Shown in pieces: positions 54,898-64,000 of a stretch of 64,000 bases of DNA. Source of the stretch: Octopus vulgaris (lineage: Eukaryota); NCBI GenBank assembly GCA_951406725.2, contig OX597817.1:118916001-118980000 (forward strand), in the 5' to 3' direction. Made by a program: the position numbers and the translations under genes. The notes under the pieces were generated by a model that was not told where the DNA came from, did no database searches, and saw only the letters and a list, made by a program, of their open reading frames with translations. The number at the start of each line of letters is the position of its first letter. Position 1 is the stretch's first letter.

Positions 54898-56392
54898 GTA
54901 GAGTAAGAGATGAATTTTTACACACACACATATATATATTTCACTAACAAGAAAAAAAAAACTTATAATAGCATTGCTGATTAGTACTAGCTTTGCCATC
55001 ATGTGACTATGTGTGTGTATTCATACACACACATGCAGCATACTAAATATATATATATATACGTGCATGTGTGTATGTGTGAATTCTTTTTGGAATATTC
55101 ATGAAATGACTGCCCCAAATACTGAGATAAAAAGAAGATTTATGAAGCAATTCTCATCTATTAAACCTGTGAAATATATATGACACATATTCGTATGTAT
55201 GATTATACGTGCATGCACATACGTGTGGATGTATGTATCCATGCATATTAAAACACACACACACATGCAGAAACAACAAGAAGAATATATTTGATCGATA
55301 TTCTGTTCATTTTGAATGGAATGAATCCAAACCTATAAGCATTCTTACTTCAGCGTATACTGATTAAAAACCCAAGAATCGAGAATTAAGAAACATCTTT
55401 TCTACTTGCATCTAGAATAAAAGACTATCTCTATTAACAAAGCAGAACTAGTGATGGAAAGAGAAAGGGAGAAACCGAAAGAAATCAAGTATAATGATGC
55501 GCAGAAGATAGAAGAAAAAAATAGGTGCCTATGGCAGGGAATGGGAGGATAAATTACCCCTTTTATCTGACTTATTAATTAGGTACAGATTATGTTGCTT
55601 GCAAAAATCAACCCACTAGAATATATATATATACACACACACACATACATACATACATACATACATAAATAGCATAAATGGTGTAAATAGGTACATATGT
55701 ATAAGCATATATGTGTGTGTGTGTATCAATAAGCATGTATGTATGAATATATATGTATCTATAAATATACATATGTATGTGTATACACACACATATACTC
55801 ACATGCATATTTATTAATACATACATAACTACAGATATCTATCTATCTATCTCTATATATATAGATACATATATTCATAAATATATATGCACACATATAT
55901 ATACACATACATACACACACACACGTACATATATACACATACGCACATACGTATATATACTTATATATTTATACATGCACATATATACTACGAGTGGAGT
56001 TCTTTTCAAGACACAACTCAAGATATTTCACAGCAACTCTCTTTCTCTCTTTCTTCCACTCCTACTTGTTTAGACCAACTACAGGTGGTGTAATGTAGCC
56101 TACATCTGTCGGTGAACGTATTTTGCAGAAAAATCTATTCGTTGATAGATTTGTGAGACTTTGAGGAGGAAAATTAAGGATATCGGTTTCCTTAAATAGT
56201 TTATGAATTACGTAATAAAAGTACAAAAGTAAATAAAAGTACGAGTACAATCTGATAGGGTAAATATCAAAAGAAATGTGGAACAAGCTGTTGAGGGAGA
56301 TAGGATCTTGGATGGATGATATGATAAACACGTAACAAGGCTTGTCTTGAAATAATTTTCTTTGGTAAATATGCCATGTGCCTATGTGTGTG

Positions 56393-56532
56393 TATCTTTT
56401 ATCTTTTACTTGTTTCAGTCATTGGACTGTGACCATGCTGGGGCACCACCTTGAAGGGCGTAATCAAACAAATCAACCCCTGTACTTATTGTTATTAATA
56501 TTTTATGGTCCTGCAAAGCTACGAAGACATAA
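56393..56532 (-). mobile_element. SINE family A tail fragment
   Basis: TCTTTTACTTGTTTCAGTCATTGGACTGTGACCATGCTGGGGCACCACCTTG. Confidence 0.75.
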
Positions 56533-56765
56533 ACCTATTTCTTTACTACCCACAAGGAACTAAACATAGAGGAAACAAACAAGGACAGACAGACGGATTT
56601 AAGTTGATTATATCGACCCCAGTGCGTAACTGGCACTTAATTTATCGACCCTGAAAGGATGAAAGGTAAAGTCGACCTCGATGGAAATTGAACTCTGGAC
56701 GTAAAGGCAGACGAAATACCGCTCGGCATTTCGCCCGACGTGCTAACGATTCTGCCAGCTCACCA
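56533..56765 (-). mobile_element. SINE family B1, full length
   Basis: Reverse complement of 18563-18793. Confidence 0.85.
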
Positions 56766-57494
56766 ATACCAAACCAACACAGGTTGTTAAACAACGGTAA
56801 TGGAACACACACACACACATTGGTTTTAGCAGAAAGATTTGGAAGAATTAGAAGAAAGTTTTCTAGAAATTTTCTTTCATGTAAATAAACGTTCATGTTA
56901 ATTTAAGAATTTGCCAGCAAAATCTTATAATAAAATGGCAATGTTCTAAAAGATGTACATGTTTATATGTTTTGTATGAAAATAAGTGTTTACAGGCTTC
57001 TACAGAGTTTCCGTCAACTAAATTCATTCACAAAATATCGGTCAGCCTGGAGGAGCGGGGCCATTCCCATGCAACAGGACTGAACTTAAAACCACATACA
57101 CACATAGTGAGATTCTTTATCATGTATGCAGGTAAAATTTGAAAACCGAAAGTGGATCAAGTGTGAGGGGAACCAGTACTTCTGTTTCAATTCTCAACGT
57201 GTGTATGTGTATAGGATAACATCTTTTGAATGAGTTACTGGTTAAAATGGAAAATGCATATCGTCTTTTGTATGTAGCTTGGATGTTAAGAATAATCTAT
57301 AACGCTATTTCTTGGAATATAACACACATACGTACATATATGTACCAGAACTATCTCTACTGTATACTCTCTGTTTTGCCTTCCTTTCTTATTCTATTTT
57401 TCTTTCTACTTCCTTCCTTTCCATCTTCACTTCTATTTCTTCATCTTCAAAGCTATCTCTCCCTCCCTCCCTTTCCCTCTCACTCGCCTTCCAT

Positions 57495-57556
57495 ATTTAT
57501 ATATATATACATATATATATACATACATATATATATATATACATATATATACATAC

Positions 57557-57589
<33 letters not shown>

Positions 57590-57716
57590 CATATATATAC
57601 ATACATACATACATACATATATATACATATACATACATACATATACATACATACATATATATACATATATATACATACACATATATACATATATATACAT
57701 ACATATATATACATAG

Positions 57717-57785
<69 letters not shown>

Positions 57786-57820
57786 TGGGTTCCTTATGTG
57801 TATAAATATGCACTATATCG

Positions 57821-57870
<50 letters not shown>
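57495..57870. repeat. Long degenerate (TA/TACA)n tract
   Basis: Read directly from the sequence; it is the source of the 242-aa pseudo-ORF. Confidence 0.95.
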
Positions 57871-57872
<2 letters not shown>

Positions 57873-58297
57873 AGAGACTATAGGTGTTTGTATGTATTTA
57901 TATGTATGTATGTATGTATGTACGTATATGTCTAATGCTATGAGTGAAGTGTGAAGAAAGACAGAAGGAATGAGAGTAGAGAAAGGGTAGAAAAGAAGGG
58001 AGGGAGGGAGGGAGAGGAAGGAAAGAAGGAAGTAAATAAGATACAAGAAGAAAGAAAAAGAAAAATATGAAAAACAAGATGAAGAAGCAAGCACAAGCTG
58101 CATGATTCAATTCAAATTGGATCCATTGTGAAAAGTGTACAAGTGTTTGGTGAATTGAACGCGGAGAGACGTCTGAAAGTTTACATGTAAGCTGCTAACA
58201 AGTTCTCTTAGCTAAAAATAGTGAGACTTACAATACAACCGAACGTTGATATGTTGTTGTTTTACACACGCACGTATACATACATGTGTGTGTGTGT

Positions 58298-58562
58298 GTG
58301 CTTGCCTATGATGAGCATCTATGTATGTATGTACGTGAGTGCGTGTGAATGTATTATGTATGCATGTATACATACAAATATTCATATGTGAATACGTGTG
58401 TGTGAGTGTTTATGTGTGTGTGTGTGCGCGTGCTTACCTATGATGAGCATCTATGTATGTGTGTACGTGAGTGCGTGTGAATGTATTATGTATGCACGTA
58501 TACATACAAATATTCATATGTGAATACGTGTGTGTGTTTTTATGTGTGTGTGTGTGTGTGTG
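58298..58562. repeat. 132-bp tandem duplication
   Basis: CTT(G/A)CCTATGATGAGCATCTATG... starts at 58301 and at 58433, with few mismatches. Confidence 0.9.
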
Positions 58563-59404
58563 TGTGTGCATCAACATTTTGGTTTTAAAGTATTGAATGG
58601 CGGCAGCAGCAAGTTACGGTTCCTTCCAATACAAGCAAAATATTTCAGCTTTGCTCATCGATATCGCTTAGACAAAATTAGATGGATGACTGCGTCAGAC
58701 GCTCACAAGGGAATATAAAGTGATGTTATACTGCGTTAGGTTGACTGAAAGAACGAGAGAATATAGTGTGTGTGTATGTGAGGGAAAGGGAAAGGCTGAG
58801 AGAGGGGGGGAACGGTGGATGAGACGGGAGATAATGGTAAAGAAGACAGTCGTAGAGTTGGTAGTGCAAGATATATACTGAAGGAGATTGATGGAAAACA
58901 GTGGTGTGGAAGAAAAATGAGAATGAACAGAGAGACGAGACTGACAGAAAAAGAGAGACTAAGGTGGTGAGAGGGAGGGAAAGACCAGATTAGAAAGAGA
59001 AAGAACGGATTAGAGAGAGAGAGATAGACAGAGAGAAAGAGAGGGAGGGAGAGAGAGAGAGAGCATGGAATGTGTAAAAAGAAAAACAAAAAGAAAGATA
59101 TGATTTTAGTAGTGGTGGTGATAAAAAAATATATAGAATAAGCAGTAGAAGATTGTGGGGTAATAACTACGAGACAATATGGAGAGAGTGTAAAGAGAAA
59201 AAAATTAGTATTAACATGAGTGAGAGAGAGAGTGTGTGTGTGTGTATGTGGGGGCATATGGAGTGATAAAAGAATATGAAGAAAGCATAAATGATTGACT
59301 GGCAAGCAGATACAGTGGAAGAGACAGTTTATACATACGGATATATTATGTAAGCGCCAAAGTACGAAATACTCGGCCCTTAACTTGTTGTTCCTTTAAC
59401 GAAA

Positions 59405-59801
59405 TCCTTATATAAATAAAGCTGAAGTTGTCTGTGCGTGATAGGTTTGGTAGCCTTCAACTAACGCTATCTCCTCCGAGACCCCGAGGTGCAAGTTGAC
59501 CAAAATTGAGAGTATGATAGAAGAAGGCTTGCTCTTCCTTCCGTAGAAGAAAAAATTCAAATCGGACCATCTTAGCACCAAAAATTATTTACATCAAAAA
59601 GGTGCTTTTTTTTTTTCTACGAAAATCCCTATTTTTAACGATTTTTTGACTGCTGTGTCGCCATTTTTCGGTGTATTTCAATCAGACAAATGTTCACTTA
59701 AAGAGAATAACAAGCTACATAATGCAAAATTTTTACTTTTCAAAAATTCCAATTCTAAAGGGTCGAATACAAACCCGAGCAACGCCGGGCGATACTGCTA
59801 G
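59405..59801 (+). mobile_element. Non-autonomous Helitron with both canonical termini
   Basis: A|TC at 59404/59405; subterminal hairpin CCCG-AGCAACGC-CGGG (59774-59789); CTAG|T at 59798-59802; no TSD. Confidence 0.88.
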
Positions 59802-59855
59802 TATTAGAATAAAAATGTACATACTCATATGTAAATAGATAAACAAATAAGTAGG

Positions 59856-59925
<70 letters not shown>

Positions 59926-59939
59926 CGCACGCACACACA

Positions 59940-60295
59940 TACAGCATAGCCAAATGGTTAAGGAGTTTGATTTGACAACCACAAAATTACGGGTTCGAGT
60001 CCATTGTGAATGGTAGCTTGAAATGTCGTTTTCTAAAACCTCGGGTTGTTCTATACTTTGTGGATGGAAGTTTTTAGATGGAAACTAAACAGAAGCCTGT
60101 CAAGTGGATTGTACCTTGTGTCTGGAATTCATCCGTGTCACACACTCTCACGGTGATTTTGCCTGAAAATCATATTCAGGGATTGTAAACATGGGTCTCT
60201 ATACTGCTCCATTACGTACATGTTAGTTCAGCAGCAGAATTGATCAAACAAAAGAATCCTCACACACACACACACACATGTTGCAACTGACAAAT
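59940..60295 (+). mobile_element. Old chimeric SINE: A head plus E body
   Basis: GCATAGCCAAATGGTTAAG...GGGTTCGAGTCCATTG...GATGGAAACT, then TGTCACACTCTCACG...CATGTTAGTTC...TGTTGCAACTGAC. Confidence 0.55.
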
Positions 60296-60366
60296 CAAAC
60301 TACGAGTCCCTTCACCAACCATCCCTTCTCCTTATACCATATAAACTTGTATGTATGTATGTATAT

Positions 60367-60945
60367 CATTATTCAGTTTTATTTCAAGGTTTCTTGCCAA
60401 TACAGAAAGAGCCGGTTTCTAACCTAGATCCAAGGCGCCTTTATTGGAATTTCAACAACATTAACAGGGTATTTTTTTTTATGTGTTTATACGTACAGAT
60501 TTATATGTTTTGTTTTATGCATTCTCATGCATATAGCTGCATGTCTGGACATGATCATATATACTTAAATGATCAACTTATGGAAAGCTCTATAGATTCT
60601 TACAGTTCCAATGATGGCTTGGATCTGTAGTCTTCGAATCAGCTTTCTCCTTTCTGGTTTTGAGAAGCCTAATTTCTCAAGATTGGAATTTAGGCAATGT
60701 GTTACATATCCCAGTACCCCAATAATTACAGTTATAAACCTGAACTTGTAATCTGGATAGAGTAGCTGTAGATTCCTCAATAGTTCAGCGTAAGTATTTT
60801 CTTTATCGCTGATCTTTAACTTTATGTTAACATCTGCTGGACAACTGATTTCCACAACTGTACATAGTTTCTCTTCTTTATATCAGGTCAGGTCTATTAT
60901 GTTTACATTTTATTGGGGTTCCACCAGAACTCCTTTTTAGCTTCT
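60367..60945 (-). mobile_element. R4/Dong-type non-LTR retrotransposon fragment: restriction-like endonuclease domain plus 3' UTR
   Basis: ORF 60565-60855 (EISCPADVNIKLKISDKENTYAELL...VIIGVLG...LQIQAIIGTVRI). Upstream, disrupted remnants KEFWWN, KCKHNRPDL and KLCTVVE give the RPD..E..K RLE signature. The 3' end abuts (TATG)n. Confidence 0.85.
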
Positions 60946-60990
60946 ACTCTACTGTAGGTTCTTATTGCATGTATGTATGTATGTATGTAT

Positions 60991-61391
60991 GTTACACTTC
61001 CAGAAGGGAAGGGTCTTCCTTTGATTCTGACATGCAATGTCTGTGCAAGACCCTGCCTCAGTAAAGCTGGACTCATGAGTCATCTTCGTAGTCATAAAAC
61101 GAGACAGATGAGTGACAACCTGACCACTGGTGGTGGTGTAACACACCATACTAATCATATTTGTCGGGCATGTGGAAGAGAGTGAAATTCGGCAGGAGGA
61201 CTTAAACGACATGCAAAGGTACATGAAGCCTAGTTACAACTACAGCCGGCTATTACCAGTAAAGGTTTTAGTTGCCAATTTTGTACAAGACATTGTAGAT
61301 CTTTAGCTGGGCTAAAAAGTCACATTCGATCACAGCACCAATAACAGTTAAGCTTCGTGCAATGGCCATACTCGATAACGAGGGGGCAGCC
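60991..61391 (+). mobile_element. RTE-type LINE 3' end encoding three tandem C2H2 zinc fingers (two premature stops)
   Basis: One frame reads LTCNVCARPCLSKAGLMSHLRSH...HICRACGRE*NSAGGLKRHAKVH EA*...FSCQFCTRHCRSLAGLKSHIRSQHQ* (TAA at 61342-61344). Short tail GCCATACTCGATAACGAGGGGGCAGCC, with (ATGT)n on both sides. Confidence 0.8.
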
Positions 61392-61765
61392 ATGTATGTA
61401 TGTACGTATGTATGATTTATCGTTCAGTTTTATTTAATTTCTTCTTGAGAGATTTCAAGCCAGCCTCTACAAAGCGACAAGACATTTTGAGTTAAGAGAG
61501 TTCCAGGTGTTTGTAAATAAGTAGTTGAGTAGGTGTGCTGGTTCAACTGTTGATGCATAGATCAAAGTGTGTGCATCTACTCACATAAGAATCTCAGAAA
61601 GAGACTTTTTGGAATGCTTTACAACTCTTCACTGTGCCACTAACATGTAGGGAGTATATATATTTGACACCAACCAAGAGTATATCTAGTCCATTCCAGC
61701 TACAGAAAGTCATATAGCAAAGAAAAAATGGCAGCATGTGGTGACCAACCAGTTTTCTATTTGTC

Positions 61766-61812
<47 letters not shown>

Positions 61813-62700
61813 CACAAAAATTTAACAAAAACACAAGAAACGGTAAATTTTATAAAATCATAAGCAGAAAATTCGTAGCTTAATCCTCAACTGTCAACGT
61901 CCAAAATCCTTATAATTTCGTACCTTTAATGTGTGTGTGTGTGTGCGTGTGTGTGCATACACACAAACACACATAGATATTGTGTGCGCGCGTGTATGTG
62001 TACATGTACACAGAGAGAAACAAACTGCAGAGTCAGAACAAGAGAAAAAGAAAAGGTAAAAGCAAAAAAGAAAGGAAGAAAAAAAGAACAATCAAGTCTC
62101 ATTTATATTTGATAATTGGATAAACATATTAGCAATTAGGTTTGATCCAGTATCAAATTACACTAGTTTTTCTGTTGTGTGTGTGTGTGAGTATGTGCTC
62201 CAATGTATGTGCATAATATGTACTTCGCTTTTCACCAGCTGAAGTAACAAATCTTGTGTTATTCTTTATTTGTTTATCAAAACGAAACCTACTTAATCCA
62301 TAAAACTGTTGGAATTACGCTGGTAAATGGATAGTAAAACTGCTAAATGAAATCTCGACAGGGAAAGGTCGTGCACTACACAAGATTATCCTGATTTTTC
62401 TTGGCACTAATCTGTTGAAAGTTATTTCATTCATATAACGTGTTTTGATCGGCCTACTACAAATACAATCTTTGCTGAAGTTAAGCCTTTGCAAGGTAAC
62501 GAGACATTCGTTAATTATACAGTGACCCTGAATGATTGCAGAACAAAAATATTAAAGAAAAATAATGAGAGAGAGAGAGAGAGAGAGGGGGAGGGCGAGA
62601 GAGAGAAACAAACAGACAGACAGACAGACAGACAGAGCGGTAGCAATGTCGAGAAGTGCAGCCCTTTGGATTCAGCTATTAAGAAACTAATTCAACTTCA

Positions 62701-62870
62701 TCTGAGAGGGAAATGTAATAGAAAGAAAATTTCAGCGTTCACTGAGTGGAAAACTGTTATAACCAACGCCCTCTTGAGTGGAAAAGTGGAACATTATTCG
62801 CTTGAAAGGAAATTTAGACCAATTGTACTTGAGTGGAAAATTAACTTGACGCTTCTCAGCTTGAGGGAAA
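62701..62870 (+). promoter_or_regulatory. Cluster of six CTTGAGTGGAAAA-like motifs (candidate enhancer)
   Basis: Copies at ~62702, 62742, 62773, 62801, 62828 and 62860 with unrelated spacers. The regulatory function is inferred only. Confidence 0.35.
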
Positions 62871-63178
62871 CAACAACAACAACAACAACAATAATCATAA
62901 TAATAATCATAAAAATTCCAGCAAACCTAACACTCCAAGAAGAAGCAATACTCAAGAGTCTCACTTTAAAATGATAGTAGGGACGTTGCTATTTGAGTGT
63001 GGTGAGAAGCGGTGAGAGTAGGGTGGTAATATGTTATGGGTGGGGGTGTGGGGGTGGCAGAGTGAAGCTGGGGTGCTGCAGGGGGGGAAATGGAGCGGAA
63101 AGGTACAACAGCTGAAGTACGATCTAGAAAATTGATAATATTGGTACCGTTACCAATATCTACATCACCACTACAACC

Positions 63179-63232
<54 letters not shown>

Positions 63233-63245
63233 GGTGGTGGTGGTG

Positions 63246-63281
<36 letters not shown>

Positions 63282-63283
63282 GT
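63179..63283. repeat. (GTA)n(GTG)n(GTA)n compound microsatellite
   Basis: Read directly from the sequence. Confidence 0.95.
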
Positions 63284-63608
63284 AAAAAGAACTTCACAAT
63301 TAGCAACATTTAAATAGGTGTGTGTATGTGTGTGAGTATGCGTGTCAGTTTTAGTAGTTATTTTAAAAGAAATTTTAAGAATAACACCAGAATATTTGCT
63401 GAATGGGTGAGGTTAAAAGTCAAACTATAAAAGTTTTTTTTTTTTTTTTTTCATTTTACTTACTAGGACTTGAAAGTTTTGCCCGACGGCATATTCAACC
63501 AACTAGGTAAAAAAGCTGTTACTCAAAGCTGAATGAAGGCACTTGTTAAAACAAATTTTATAACACACACGTAGTGCAAGAAAAAAAAATGATAACACAA
63601 AGGTGAGA

Positions 63609-64000
63609 TAATCCTTTCTACTTTAGGCACACAGCCCGAAAATTTGGGGGAGGGGTCCAGTCGATGGTATCGTCACCAGTACGCAACTGGTTTTTAATTT
63701 ATCAACCCTGAAAGGATGAAAGGTAAAGTTGACCACGGCGGAATTTGAACTCAGAACATAAAGAGACAACATACCTATTTCTTTACTACCCACAAGAGGC
63801 TAAACATAGAGGGGGACAAACAAGAACAGACAAACGGATTAAGTCGATTATATCGACCCAGTGCGTAACTGGTACTTATTTAATCGACCCCGAAAGGATG
63901 AAAGGCAAAGTCAACCTCGGCGGAATTTGAACTCAGAACGTAACGGCGGACGAAATACCACTAAGCATTTCACCCGTCGTGCTAACGTTTCTGCCAGCTC
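63609..64000 (-). mobile_element. Tandem SINE B2 (63609-63770) and B1 (63774 to window end)
   Basis: Both tail types are adjacent and share the central domain GAAAGGATGAAAGG(T/C)AAAGT. Confidence 0.85.

Noticed and set aside
57226-57954. Longest ORF (242 aa) and the many other YIYI/THTH/LSIY/poly-residue ORFs
   Set aside because: They are translations of stop-free microsatellites with no protein-like composition.
62701-62870. CRISPR-like repeat-spacer appearance
   Set aside because: Repeats are only ~12-13 bp and degenerate, spacing is irregular, there are no cas genes, and the context is eukaryotic.
62489-62974. 161-aa ORF as a gene
   Set aside because: Non-ATG start, crosses (GA)n and (CAA)n microsatellites, and has no recognisable domain.

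Overview
AT-rich, microsatellite-dense animal non-coding DNA (intron or intergenic) with no supportable host protein-coding gene. Almost every ORF in the track is a translated microsatellite (YIYI, THTH, LSIY, poly-V) or an antisense read of a SINE. The repeat families look like those I recall from octopus (coleoid cephalopod) genomes; this is an inference, not a search result. Contents: (i) several modular tRNA-derived SINE families, labelled A-G here for convenience; (ii) 5'-truncated LINE ends, namely two R4/Dong-type restriction-like-endonuclease fragments, an RTE C-terminus, two RTE-type ends with C2H2 zinc fingers (one with three in tandem) and a polyA-signal-bearing 3' UTR; (iii) two non-autonomous Helitrons; (iv) Tc1/mariner, Tigger and piggyBac-type MITEs; (v) Penelope-like stubs with decayed or variant hammerhead motifs. 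The most notable observations are the pairing of retroelement families with specific microsatellites, two SINE-LINE shared tails visible within the window, a ~105-bp-arm foldback at 21 kb, head-to-head inverted SINE pairs, and a six-copy CTTGAGTGGAAAA motif cluster at 62.7-62.9 kb. Coordinates were read by eye, so element ends are approximate unless a TSD or terminal motif is quoted.
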